Positions 51,022 to 64,000 of a stretch of 64,000 nucleotides of DNA are shown piece after piece. The notes beneath the pieces were generated by a model, which did not search any database, was not told the origin of the DNA, and saw only the letters and a program-made list of their open reading frames with translations. Position 1 is the first letter of the stretch; each line of letters starts with the position of its first letter. This stretch comes from Chiloscyllium plagiosum. Lineage: Eukaryota. The position numbers and the translations under genes are program-made. The stretch lies in the NCBI RefSeq assembly GCF_004010195.1, contig NC_057757.1, positions 8,815,014 through 8,879,013 of the forward strand, given 5' to 3'.

Positions 51022-51330
51022 GCTGACATGGTTGCGCAGTGGTTAGCACTGCAGCCTCAACAGTGCTAGAGACCCACGTTCAAATCCCACCTCAGGCAAC
51101 TGTCTGTGTTGAGTTTGCACATTCTCCCCGTGTCTGCGTGCGTTTTCTCCGGTGCTCTGCCTTTCCTCCCACGGACCAAAAATGTGCAGGTTAGTTGAAT
51201 TGACGATGCTAAATTGCCCATAGTGCTAGGTGTTGGGGTAAATGTAGGGCAATGGGTCTGGGTGGGTTGCTCTTCAGAGGGTCGCTTTGGACTTGTTGGG
51301 CCAAAGGACCAGTGAATACTATTTTCCAGC
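51022..51330 (+). mobile_element. HE1-type V-SINE
   Basis: A/B boxes (GCGCAGTGG; GTTCAAATCC) and V-domain. Confidence 0.85.
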
Positions 51331-51339
51331 ATTGATCCC

Positions 51340-52480
51340 ATAGCGCTCTAAACCCTTCCTATTTATATACCCATCCAGATGCACTTTAAATGTTGTAATT
51401 GTACCAACCCCACCACTTTCTCTGGCAGCTCATTACATACACGCACCCTAAGGATCCTTTTTAATTTTTCCCCTCTCACCTTAAACCTGTGCCATCTTGT
51501 TCTAGACTCCATACCCCAGGGGAAAGACCTTGTCGATGTACCCTATCCATGCCCCTCAAGATTTCATCAATAATGTCACCCCTCAACCTCTGACACTCCA
51601 GAGAAAACAGCCCCAGTCTATTCAGCCTCTCCCTATTGCCCAAATTCTCCAACCATGGCAACATACTTGGAAATCGTTTCTGAACTCTGTCAATTTTTAT
51701 GACATCTTTCAGATACCAGGGAGAACAGAATTGCATGCAATATATTCCAAAAGTGGCCTAACCAATATCTTGTGCAGCTGCAATATGATCTCCCAATTCC
51801 TATACTCAATGCTCTGACTAATAAAGGGATGTGTACCAAACATGTTCTTCACTATCTTGCCTAGCTGTGACTCTGCTTTCAAGGAACTATGAACCTGTAT
51901 CCCAAGATCTCTTTGTTCAGCAACACTCAGGGTGGCACATTGGCTCAATGGTTAGCACCGCTGCCTCACAGCACCAGGGACTTGGATTTACTTCTATCCT
52001 CGGATGACTGTCTGTGTGGAATTTGAACATTCGCCCTATGTCTGCCTGGGTTTCCTCCCACAATCCAAAGATGTGCTGGTCAGGTGAATTGGCCATGCTA
52101 AATTGCCCATAGTGTTTGGTGCATTAGGTTAGGGTAAATGTAGGGGAATGGGTCTGGGTGGGTTACTCTTCGGAGCGTTTGTGTGAACATGTTGGGCCGA
52201 AGGGCCTGTTTCTATACTCTAGGTAATCTAATCTAAACTCCCCAGGACCATACCAATTCGTGTTTCAGTCCTACTTTCATTTGCCTTTCCAAAATGCAGA
52301 ACCATTTATCAAAACTAAACTCCATCTGCAATTCCTCCGCCCATTAGTCCATCTGATCAAGATCCAGTTGTACTCTGAGGTAACCTTCGCTGTCCACTAC
52401 ACCTCCAATGTTGGTGTCATCTGCAAACTTACAACTACACCTCCTACGTTCACATTCATATCATTTAAATGAATGACAAA
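51340..52480 (-). mobile_element. CR1 LINE 3' fragment with nested SINE
   Basis: QFCSPWYLKDVIKIDRVQKRF...ERLNRLGLFSLECQRLRGD. Confidence 0.85.
51929..52235 (+). mobile_element. HE1-type V-SINE
   Basis: GGGTGGCACATTGGCTCAATGGTTAGCAC head, V-domain, TAATCTAATCTA tail. Confidence 0.88.
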
Positions 52481-52759
52481 AAAGCAATGGATAAAGTTTA
52501 TTCTTCTCCAGTCTTAAGGTACTTGTACTGAATCCAAGAAGACTGAAAGATCATGGCCAGTGTCTCTATAGTTTTCATTCTCACTTCTTTTAGTATGCCT
52601 GGATGCACTTCAAATGGTCATGGAGCCTTGTTAATGGTAACTATCAACAGTCCATTCAACACTCCTTCCTCATCAATTTTAAATACCCCCCAGTGACAAA
52701 GTTACCTGCTCTATCACTGCCTCCCTTGTAATGTTCTGCAGAGGTTGTAATTTACTTTA

Positions 52760-53105
52760 AATTCATTTACAGGATGTGTCACTGGCCAACCCAGCATTTA
52801 TAGCCTATTCCTAATTACCCAGAGGGCAGTTAAGAGTCAATCACAGTGCTGTGGGTCTGGAGCCACATGTAGGTCAGACCGGTAAAGATGGTAGTTTCCT
52901 TCCCTAAAGGACATTAGTGATCCAGATGGGTTAGTCCATCAATCGACAACAGATTCACGATCATCATTAGACCCTTTCTTCCAGATTTTGCTGAGTTCAA
53001 AATACACCACCTGCTGTAGCGGGATTCAAACTTGGCCCCCAGGACATTATCTGGGTCTCTGGATTAACAGTCTAGTGGGAATATCACCAGGCCATTACCT
53101 CCGCA
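52760..53105 (-). mobile_element. SacSINE1/Deu-SINE-like tRNA-derived SINE
   Basis: Reverse complement core CATCTGGATCACTAATGTCCTTTAGGGAAGGAAACTACC...TGACTCTTAACTGCCCTCTG; tRNA-like head. Confidence 0.7.
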
Positions 53106-53399
53106 GCAGACAAATATTCTTTGTATGCTCTTGTTTGCTGTTTTCCTTTTCTAACTGCGTTGGCAACGTATTTATTCCCAAATGTTTCCACATTCTGCAA
53201 AACCTTCCATTTTACGTTATCCACTCTATGTTCTTATCGTGAGTTGGATTCTTATTGATAGAGGTACTTGCCTAAAACTATTTATTTCATGCAATAAAAA
53301 AACAGTGTGTACATTCTCCCTGAGAGGAAAAAAAAACTCCACAGAATATAAACAACTGTGGACAACTGACGAGAGAACGGACCCCATGTAAAACACACA

Positions 53400-53975
53400 G
53401 AAAGGGCTTACAAAATGCAAAACAAAACAGCTCCTGCTAAATGGAAAAGGTGCAAAGACCAATAAAAGGCCCCGAAGGAGCTTCGAAGAGCAACTAAAAG
53501 AAATCATAAATGGAAAATGCCGCAGACGTCAAAATTAATAAGAAGACCTCTTGGTATACAAGGGAAAGTGGGTGGTCAGGATTGTTTCACTGAAGACTGA
53601 AAGTGGGTGTACTGTCAGTATACAGGAGAAAAGGCGGATAGCTTGCTGGAAGTCCTCAGGGAATTGATTGCAGATCAAAAAATAACATAAAACATTGGTA
53701 ATAAGGAAATTAATGGAATTAAAGAGTAGCAAATTCTCGGGACCTAGCATTTCCCGCCCCGGGGTGATAAAGGAAGTAGGGAATCACTGTATAAATATCC
53801 TGACGAGAATCTTTCAGAATTCCCTTGATGTGTGAATCATCGATTTGGATTGGAAAATTGCACATGTCACTGTACTCATTAGGAAGGATGAAAGAGAAAA
53901 ATTAGGGAATGAAAGAGCAGTTAGCCTAAAATCTGAGTATGGTAAATTATTGACGTCTATAATAAAGGAGGCAGG
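53400..53975 (+). mobile_element. CR1 LINE ORF2 fragment, degraded
   Basis: DWKIAHVTVLIRKDEREKLGNERAVSL. Confidence 0.7.
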
Positions 53976-55054
53976 ATTGAACACCACAAAAGTTCCAGCT
54001 AATCAGGGACAGCCAATTTTGATTCATGACATGTATATCCAGGGGAACATTTTTCGATCGTAATGACTGAGAAAAAGTAATTATTCAACAGGTCTGCCAT
54101 AGTCATTGACAATATCCCCCCTCATCAGTCTTCAACAGCCCAACATTGCTCATGACTTCCATTACATAAGTATAACCTTTCTAGTTCATTTTAATTCCCT
54201 GATACGTTTTCTTTCATAATCGCTTTTAATAGCTCTCATAAATTACTTTGTAACTGCTGCTGGTCTTTGTATCTTTTCAGAGTCATCAGATCTGTGCTGT
54301 TATTGTATATGTAGTCTTAACATTTGGAATTATTTGCCCTTCCGACATTATTTTTCCTGCATTCATTCTCTGAATAGACAGTGAATATTGAACTCAAAGA
54401 ATTTGAATTGGAAATTATTTAAGTCCTGCAGTTATTATATCATTCAAAATTAGTCATTGCGCATCAATAGATTTGGTTAACAATTTATTAAAACATTATG
54501 GTTTCGATAGTTTCTGAAACATTTGGAGTCAATACACCTGTAAATCCTACTGCAATTTTTCTTCTCCCTTACTATTCCAGCACACTAATCACATATTTTT
54601 GGAAAAAATACTATGCTGGTTAGTGCCTTTATTTAAAAAAAAAGTCTGATCAGGGTCTAATTTTTTTGAATGTCAAGAAAATGTTCAGAAATCTATATTT
54701 TGACACTTAGAACTCAGAATTCTTTTTCCTGTATTCCAACTTTTCAAAGGTATTTCCGTTCTTACTTTGGAAGTAGTTAACATGCATGTTTATTAAAATT
54801 GTTTTCAGTCTGAAAAATTGCATGAATCATGAAGTTGCAACTTCAAAATTTTATCATACTGTGACACTTTCTCACCAATAGATAATAGACTTGATTCACT
54901 AAACAATGTTAAGCAGCACTGAATTGTGTGGATGATGGGACCATTAGAAGTTAGACAGATTTTTAACTGATAATTGGTTGAAGGTTTATGTGCAGAAGGC
55001 AGGAAAATGGGGGTTAGGAGCACATCAGCCATGATCGAATGGCAGAGCAGACTC

Positions 55055-55850
55055 AGTCACAGAGTCATAGAGATGTACAGCACAAAAACAGGCCCTTCAG
55101 TTCAACCCATCCATGCCGACCAGATATCCCAACGCAATGTAGTCCCACCTGCCAGCACACAGCCCATATCCCTCAAAACTCTTCCTATTCATATACCCAT
55201 CCAAATGCCTTTTAAATGTTTCAATTGTACCAGCCTTCACCACTTCCTCTGGCAGCTCATTCCATACACGTACCACTCTCTGCAAGAAAATGTTTGCCCT
55301 TAGGTCTCTTATATATCTTTCCCATCTCACTCTAAACCTATGCTGTCTCGTTCTGCACTCCACCATCCCAGGGAAAAAACTTTGCCTATTTATTATTGTG
55401 GTTCTGTTCGCCGAGCTGGGAATTTGTGTTGCAGACGTTTTGTCCCCTGTCTAAGTGACATCCTCAGTGCTTGGGAGCCTCCTGTGAAGCGCTTCGGTGA
55501 TGTTTCCTCCGGCATTTATATTGACTGCACAAAACACTACGTAGGACTAACAGGAAGACAGCTAATGATCCACATCCATGAACACCAACTAGCCACGAAA
55601 TGACACGACCAGCTATTCTTAGTAGCCACACACTCAGATGAGCACGAAACGTCTGCAACACAAATTCCCAGCTCGGCGAACAGAACCACAACAACAAGCA
55701 CCCGAGCTACAAATCTTCTCACAAACTTTGCCTATTTATCCTATCCACGCCCCTCATAATTTTGTAAACTTCTATAAGGTCACCCCTCAGCCTCCGATGC
55801 TTGAGGGAAAACAGCCCCAGCCTGTTCAGCTTCTCCCTATGGCTCAAATA
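55055..55850 (-). mobile_element. CR1 LINE 3' end interrupted by a Penelope insertion
   Basis: QRVVRVWNELPEEVV...; EKLNRLGLFSLKHRRLRGDLIEVYKIMRG. Confidence 0.88.
55394..55722. mobile_element. Truncated Penelope (Poseidon-type) insertion with inverted terminal segments
   Basis: TSD AAACTTTGCCTATTTAT (55377-55393 and 55723-55739); 45-bp inverted repeat at 55396-55440 and 55647-55691; GIY-YIG piece DCTKHYVGLTGRQLMIHIHEH. Confidence 0.9.
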
Positions 55851-56715
55851 CCAAACTGATGGGCCGAAAGGCTTAATTTTCCTTGTATATCTGATGAACG
55901 TTTCAACTTTATATATAACATTAAAGGAGAAAAATAAACAAACTGGTTGTCTCATTTGTCCTGAGGCAAAAGTAGATGCATGCTGTCAAAGAAAAGACCA
56001 GACGAGAGTTTGGGAATAATGATACTATATGCACTCGGTAATCAACCGTCTTTAAGCTACCAGTTAATTATCTAAAGGTTACTTAGGATTGTTAACAGAT
56101 TGAGAAAAGTTGATGCCACTCTTATTTCACTGCTGTACCTTCAGCATCGCTTCTTTGCAAGGATTTTTGGAATATAGTTAGATCAGTTGTTATCCTTGTA
56201 GTTTATTCTAATTTTGCATTTAATTCAGACTGAGTTGTTTTGGTGGAACCTGACCGAGCATAGATCCCAGGTTTGACTTACTGCCTCAGAGTCACATTCC
56301 AGCTACTATACAAATTCATACTTGGATTGGGAGGCTTGTGGTCCTTTATATTTCAGAACTGAATTTGCAGGAAGCAAATCTGTAAGGTTGAGAAGATCAC
56401 GGTATTCCTAGAAACAGCCCTACAGACAGAGACAGTAGTCATATGTTTTCACCATGGAAAGTTCCTAACTAGAGAAAAATAATTTGCAATTTAGTAAAGA
56501 TCATGCATCGTTAGACACAACTTAATATCAAATCCCAAAATAATAGCAGATTTTCAAAAAAAAATCTCTTGAAATGCAAACATATCTTAAAATTGAATTT
56601 AACATTAGAATTTCAGAACTTCGAATTGTTTATGTGAATGTTCTATCCTGAAAACAAAAGAACTCAGATGAAAAGATGTGTTTGTCAAATTAGCTTAAAG
56701 ACAGAATCAGAGGTA

Positions 56716-58055
56716 GAGTCATCAAATCACACAGCACAGAAATAGAGCCTTCGGTCCAAACATTCCATGCTGACGATAATCCCAAAGTAAACTAGTCTCA
56801 CCTACCTGCGCTTGGCCCATATAACTCCAAACATTTCTTATTCATGTCCACATACAAATGTCTTTTGTCTGCTGTAACTGTACTCATATCCCTCACTTCC
56901 TCTGGAATGTTGTTTCACATACGAAGCACTCTCTGTATAAAAAATATTGTCCCTCATGTCTTTTTAAAATCTTTCTCCCCTCACCATAAAAATATGCCCC
57001 CTAGATTTGAAATCCCCAATTCTAGGAACAATACCTTTGCTACTTACCTTATCTATGATTTTCTAAATCCGACAAGATTACACTTTAACCTCCTACGCTC
57101 CAGTGAACAAAGCCCCAGCCTATCAACCACACCTTATAACTCAAAACCTCCATTTCAGACACCATCCTGGTAAATCTTTTCTGAAACCTCTCCAGCTTCA
57201 TACTATCATTTTTGCAGTTGGATGGCCAGAACTATGCACAGTGTTCCAGAAGAGGTCTTACCAATGTCCTGTACAATGTCAACATGACATTTCAACTCCT
57301 ATGCTTAAAGGTCTGAGCAATGAAGTGTGCTAAATGCCTTGTTAACTATCCTGTTTTCATGTCATGCAAACTTCAAGGAATTATGTTCCTGAACCCTGAG
57401 ATCTCTGTGTCCTACAACATTACCCAAGGCCTGACTTTTAATTGTACAAATCCTGTCCTTGGGTAATGAAATAGCTTTCATTATCCAAATTAAATCTATT
57501 TGCCACTCCTTCGCCCATTGACCCAATTGATCAAGGTCTTAGAGTGAAGGGAAGGCATTTTCCAACGCAGATAATGAGAAACTTCTTCAACCACAGAGTG
57601 ATGAATCTGTGGAATTCAATGTCACAGAAGTCTGTGGAGGCCCAGGACATTGAGAATATTTAAGACTGAGATAGGTATGTTCTTGATTTTCAAGGGCTTG
57701 GAGGGTACAGGGAGATAGCGGGACAATGGGTTGAGAAACTGATCAGCCATGATTGAATGGTGGAGCACACTCAATGGGCTGAATGGACTAATTTCTGCTC
57801 GAAAGTCTTATAGTCTTATGGTATCTTGGTAATCTGAGATAACTTTTCTCACTTTCCACTATATTAACAATATTGGTGTCATCTCAAAACTTACTAACCT
57901 CTCACCAAAATCGTTTATATTAGTGACATAGAAAAATTGACTCAGCACCAATCCAGGTGGAAGACTTTGTAAGAGTTCTGCAGTCCGAAAAACAAACCTT
58001 CATCGTCACTCTCCTATTAAGCCATTTTTTAATCCAATTTCAAGCTCACCCTGAA
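56716..58055 (-). mobile_element. CR1 LINE 3' fragment, with a plus-strand CR1 3' end nested at about 57540-57822
   Basis: Similarity to the other CR1 copies in the window; TCTTATAGTCTTATGG tail of the nested copy. Confidence 0.8.
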
Positions 58056-59010
58056 TAACTTAAAGCTCTACTTCTGCTGTTTTCTCTATGCCCTACCTTT
58101 TGGTAAATCTATGTTGCACCCTCTCCAAGGCCAATACATTCTTCCTAAGACGTGATGATCTAAATGGGATTTTGTCAAACTAAAGTACAGCCATCTCTGC
58201 TCGTGTGTTCTAGTCCCTGAGTTATCAAGGCCAGTGTTCCCCTCATCTTAGCTGCAATGCTAGATGCTTTGAAATACACCTCATCTAGGTCTTTATGTAA
58301 AGAACAATTTTACCTTTTTCACCATTCGATATCCCAGGATCTGATTGTGTTCCTGTGCATAATGATACTGCAAATGTGAGCCAGAAGAAAGCTCTTATTT
58401 TCCACTCTATTCTTTTGATTACTGTAAACGATAGAACATGACACAAACAATAGTATTCAAGTATTAAAACGCTGAACATTTCCCAAATGTTACTGATGCA
58501 TTAAATTCCATTGATGCCATTTTTCATAAAATGTCAGATATATTCCAATACTACTGTCCTCGAGCATGGATTCCTCTATTTGTCAGATCAAGATCAAGAG
58601 AGGCCTATTCAGTAAGATCATAGCTGATATCATTGTTTTGTCAAGCTGTATTTCCAAAAATGCCTGACTAGTTTTCTATTCAGATAAATAAATAACAAGT
58701 ATATGCCATGACACAGGATCAAATTGTATCTGTCGAAAGAAATTCAGTAATTCTAAAGAAAATAAAGCTTCTTGTCTAATTTTATTGTTGACTTTACCAC
58801 AATTTCAGCAGCACCTCCCAAAGTCTTGAAACACCTCACTATCATTCACCATATTTTGTCCCGACAGAATTGTATAATGTGAAACTGAAGAAGAAATTTC
58901 CCAACTTTCAATGAATGTGGCTTTATAGTCTCAAATGTTGAGAATAATCCCCAAATGTGTGTCACATGAATAGTGCCCAGAAGTGGTGGGGGTGGGGGCA
59001 GATCAGGATG

Positions 59011-59040
59011 TGTGTTTGTATGTGTGTGTGTGTGTGTGTG
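59011..59040. repeat. (TG)n microsatellite
   Basis: Direct reading. Confidence 0.9.
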
Positions 59041-59384
59041 ATATTCACAGAGCCCGGCAGAAAGTGATTGCTGTTGGTGCTGTGTGTGCAGTAATACACA
59101 TTGCCCTGTGTTTAAAAATCTTGAATACAATTTGTGTCAAGCAACTGCTTCCCAGCACTGACAGATGAACTGACGATAAAAAATGTGGAAAAACACTTTA
59201 ATATCCCTTGACATGTTGCCAGGCATTAAGTACATTTGATGAATAACCTTATTTTAGATCATATGGTTCTGTTCAATTCTTAAATAAACAAATGTTCATT
59301 TGTATAGGTGCCTTTGTTAAACTGTAAAGCAAATATGTTCAACTGTACAATAGATTTGACATCATTATCATCAATGTTCCTCAC

Positions 59385-62300
59385 GGTAGACCGGTTGGCA
59401 AGGTTAGAACACATGAAAAACGGGGGGAAGTAGCCATTTAGATACAGACCATAATCAAAGGTAGAAGGTAGACAGTGGTGGTGGAGAGTTGCCTTTCAAG
59501 TTGGAGGCCTTTGATCAGTGGTGTGCCAGAGGATAGATGCTGCGTCCATGGCTTTTTGTCAGTTATATAAACGATTTGTTTGGGAATGTCGGAGATATAG
59601 ATAGCAAGTTTGTAGATGTCACCAAATTTGTATGTATTCTGGACAGCGAAGAAGGTTGCCTCAGAGTACAATGGGATCATGATCAGATGGGTCAATGAGC
59701 CGAGGAGTGGTAGATGCAGTTTAATTTGGAAACTGTGAGGTGCTGTATTTTGGAAAGGCAAATCAGGGCAGATTTCCTAAACTGTACAACTGTATGACTC
59801 TGTTTTGTCTGAAAAATATGTTGTAAGAAATGTGAACTGTATACAATAGTAGATTGCATTAAAATGGAAAGATTAAAAGAAAACACTCATTACATCCATT
59901 CATTCTCAGCAATGGCACGCCTTTTCATGAAATGTGACTTTTCCCAATCTATGTAATACACAAACCACAACAAACAAGATTTATATTAATTAGTGTTTCC
60001 TCCGCAATTTGAATCATAGAAATATATGTAACTTTTTAAAAAACATTTTAAATTTAACAACATCTTTCCTACAGTGAGGAGACCAGAAATGAACACACTA
60101 TTCTAAAAGTGGGCTAACCAATGTACTGCTCAGTGCAAAGTAACCTCCCAACTCCAATACTCAATGTTCTGACCAATAAAGACACTTGCCTGTCTACCCT
60201 CAACTTCACTTTCAAGGAATGATGAACCTGCACTCCAAGATCTCTTTGTTCGGCAACACTCCCCAAACCTTGCAAGCATGTGTATAAGTCCTGACCTGAT
60301 TTGCCTTTCCAAAATGCAGCACCTCACAATTATCTAAATTAAAGTCTATCCACCACTCCAATGGCCCATCTGATCAAATTCTGATCAACTTGTATTCTGA
60401 AAGAAACTTTTTTGATATCCACCAATTTTTCTTTCTACCATACTTCTTACTATCATAACCAAATCATTTATATAAATGGCAAAAAGCACTGGACTCAGCA
60501 ACAATGCTTGTGGCCCACCACTGGTCAGAGATATCCAGCCTGAAAAAGCAATTCTGCTTCACCACCCTGTCTCCTACTTATACTATGTTTTTGTCTGGAA
60601 TGAAGCTAGGTTTTTTTTAAAATCCAAATGATATTGTTTGACATGAATATCACCCGTCTTGTGTGTGAGAAATATACATTTCTTTCACATGTGATAACAT
60701 GATACTTAAATCAACCAATCTCACAAATGAGTGAGGCACTCCAAAAGCTATGAATGCAATTCAGTTGTAAAGACAGATTGCCAAGCTGGGAGTTGGTCCC
60801 ATTGCATAGGAGAAGGTGAAGAAGCAATCTGATTGATGCTTTCAGAAATCATGTCAGATTTCGAAAGAGGAGACAGGGAGAAAATTCTTCTGTTTGTAAA
60901 ATGCTCAAATGTGAGGGTTCAGATTTAGGTAGATTCGCAAAAGAATAGCAACTGGGAGAAAATAGGTCCACTTAAAGATCAATGACATTGTGTCGGGTGT
61001 GGAACCACAGGAAACGGTTGAGATCCTAAAGAAACATTTTGCTTCAGCATTTGCTATGAATAATGGCATGGAAGCTGGGGAACTCGGGTAATTACATATC
61101 AATGTCTTCAAAACAGCCCACATTACCGAAACAGAGACGCTGGAATAATTAGAAAGCAGAAAGGTAGATAAAAAAAGGGAAAATGTTCAAGCCTATCATA
61201 AAGAATTTTTTTACATAGCATTCAGAAACTTAAGGCAATCAAGTGGATTCAGAATGACGTAGTGATGGGAACATTTTTCCTGACAAATCATAGAGTCATA
61301 GAATCACTGAATCCTACAGCACGGAGATAGGCCACTTGACTCAAACTGGTTAATGCCGACCAAAATATCTACCTACGCTAATCCCATTTCCTTTTGTCCG
61401 ATTTGCACTTGGCTCATATTCTTCTAAATCTTTCCTATCAATGCATTTGTCCAAATGCCCTTTAAATCTTCTTAACATACCCACCTCAACCACTTCCACT
61501 AGCAGCTCATTTTATATGTGTACCACTCTCTATGTGAAAAAGGTCACCCTTCAGGTTCCTTTTTATTCTTTCCCCTCTAAACTTAAACTGATGCCCTCTA
61601 GTTCATGATTCCCCAACCCTGGGAAAAAGACTGAGTGTATTCACCCCATCCATGCCTCTCTTGATCTTAAACACATCTATAAGATTCCCCTCCCCCCACC
61701 CATCTCCTACACTGCAAAGAAAAACGTCCTAGCTTGTTCAGCCTCTGCCAATAACTCAGACCATCCAACAACATCCTTGTACATTTCTTCTGCATTTCTT
61801 TCCAGTTTAGTAACATGCTTCCTATAAGAATGTGACCAAAAATGTATTTCAATATATTGAGGAGAGAAGACATATGGGAACCAATGGATCCAATATACAT
61901 AGATTGCCAAGTTGTATTTGATAAGTTACTGAATGTTCAAATAATAAGAGCCTGTGACATTGAAGGACGATGTGTTAGCATGGATAGAAAATTGGATAAC
62001 TCATTGGGTAACTTAAAGGAGATGTGCGAAACATGTTTAGTTGCAGAATGTTGTGGAAGTCTGGAACATGCTGCCAGGGAAAGTGGTAGAAACTGCTACT
62101 ATCGCAACAATTCAATGGCGTTTAGGCAGACACATGAAGAAATAGAGAGACATGGGCCATGTACAAGCAAATGGGACTAATTTAGAATGGCATCAGAGTT
62201 GGCACAGATATGGCGGGCCGTAGGGCCTGTTCCTGTGCTGTGATGTTCTTTATTCTAACTGAGGCCTATTTTCTCTGGAATTTAAAAGGTTAAGGGAGGA

Positions 62301-62390
62301 TCTGATTGAAAAAGTCAAGGTGGGTAAAGATAAATTATTTTCACTGGTAGGGGGCTCTACGACTTAGGGGCATCACCTGAGATTTAGAAG
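59385..62390. mobile_element. Patchwork of degraded CR1 fragments on both strands
   Basis: Plus about 59385-59775, minus about 60062-60575, plus about 60930-61290, minus about 61288-61850, plus about 62040-62255; all similar to other CR1 copies here. Confidence 0.75.
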
Positions 62391-63509
62391 TTATAGTTTC
62401 CGGTGGATTTCAGTTCTGCTGCAGCTGCACATGTCCCAAGCCCCTCATGGATGTCTAGTCATGAATTCCTGAATTCTGTTCGAAGTTTGTCCTAGCTGTC
62501 ATCGTGGGAGTGTCACAACCCCTTCCAGAGTGGATGGAAAATGTGAAGACTTGCTGTGATCACCTCAAGGACTGTACATGCTCCACACCTACCAATACTG
62601 TTCTGGAGGTAATCATGACAGGGACATTTGTGAGGGCTGGGTCAAGTCGATTTCATCCTCTTGTATTTTCCACGCAACAAGTTTCACTGGCAGCCTGTGT
62701 GGCCTGAAAACGGGACAACCCATCCAATCGTGGTATCACCCTAACTACGTTTGCTGATGGACACTTAAGTTGCTTCCTCCAGCGGGCGTGCAAGATAGAA
62801 AGGTACAGGGTCAAGTTGGGATGGACTGTCGAAGGTGATGGTTGGGTCATTAGCAGAAGGCTTCTTTGCCCATTAAATTTCTCGGGACTCAGAGTCAACA
62901 AAGAGGAATCGCTGGCCAGTTCAATCCGATTCCACAGTGAGGTTGCATCACCTCTGGAGGGTCAGTCCTGGCACTAGGCAGAAACGTAACCAGGAATGGT
63001 GGCATCTGCTAACACACGTGTCAGATAGGAATTAGTGTTAATGAATGTGCCAGGCCATTCTGTGCTGAGTGTGTGGGACAGATTTCCCAACATTGGCAAA
63101 GGCCCCCAATGAGGGATTTCGAGAGTAGCTCTATTGAGTTTAAATATCTTCATTAATCATTGTAGAGGGTTGACACCACAATTTTGTTCACATTGTTTTG
63201 TTTCTGGTGATGTATGAAGGCCAGATCGTATAAGGTTGGCAGATACCCTTCCGTAAGGGAAACTATTGGGACCGCTTTACAAAATTCAACAGTGCTCACT
63301 ATTATTCTCAAAATATAATGAAGATTTATTGAATTTATTTTTTTCTCATCAAGGAGTGTGGAACATTATTGCCAGAAAATTAGGCTAGAGATCTGGAATG
63401 TTATTTCCCTCACACAATCCTGTCAGACTGACTGAATGTACATGGTACACAGTCTGTCTGTCATTCTGCGGTAACCTTGTTTCAGAGAACTTGGGTATAA
63501 CATGACTCT

Positions 63510-63654
63510 GGTAAAAACAATGACTGCAGATGCTGGAAACCAGATTCTGGATCAGTGGTGCTGGAAGAGCACAGCAATTCAGGCAGCATCCGAGGACAGG
63601 CAAAATCAGATGCTGCCTGAATTGCTGTGCTCTTCCAGCACCACTGATCCAGAA
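63510..63654. mobile_element. Short Penelope-derived inverted-repeat element
   Basis: TSD TATAACATGACTCT (63496-63509 and 63655-63668); 47-bp perfect inverted repeat at 63544-63590 and 63609-63655. Confidence 0.88.
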
Positions 63655-64000
63655 TATAACATGACTCTCTCTAACTTATACTCTCCAGTTAATATGTAAC
63701 AAATGTGATCCGTGATTAGGATTTCTGTATTCATGACCATCAGTAACCAACTTTTGTTACTGGAAACCGAAGGCTACCTCCACTCTCAGAAATGGAATTG
63801 GACAGAACTGTTTGCACAGTATTCACGTGAAAGTATTTGTTTTCCCCCATTTCCTGTCACAGTATCACTGCTTGGCTATTTGAGACTTACAATTTTCTTG
63901 TAAATTTAATCCCTTTTTCCTAATTTACCAGTTCAGAAATGTTATTACGCACCACAGGAGCAGGTGAAACTTGAACCCAGAACCCCTGGCTTTGGGGTAG

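Noticed and set aside
62400..63200. Possible old LINE endonuclease region on minus
   Set aside because: Too degraded to assign by eye.

Overview
Vertebrate genomic DNA, by inference an elasmobranch (shark), based on HE1/V-SINEs with (TAATC)n tails, abundant CR1 LINEs, and shark-type GPR139-like and NACHT genes. No intact protein-coding gene was found. The first 26 kb holds two tandem arrays: a 40-bp satellite (1-2078) and a 46-bp satellite (about 2311-25866). The 46-bp array has higher-order blocks, an internal inversion, and insertions of Tx1 LINE, Penelope and SINE fragments. Three of these fragments sit between near-identical direct duplications of about 92, 145 and 605 bp. The remaining 38 kb is a patchwork of CR1, SINE and Penelope pieces containing four gene relics: an ALDH3 exon, a two-exon GPR139-like GPCR pseudogene, a probable B7/butyrophilin-like (signal peptide-IgV-IgC) pseudogene, and the NACHT exon of an NLR pseudogene. 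A family of short TSD-flanked inverted-repeat elements carries minimal hammerhead-ribozyme motifs of the Penelope type. I could not support a wholly new biological system. The best leads are the ribozyme-bearing mini-elements and the retroelement-linked long duplications in the satellite. Family assignments come from motif recognition only; no database search was run. There are two assembly gaps (11681-11817, 18453-19448).
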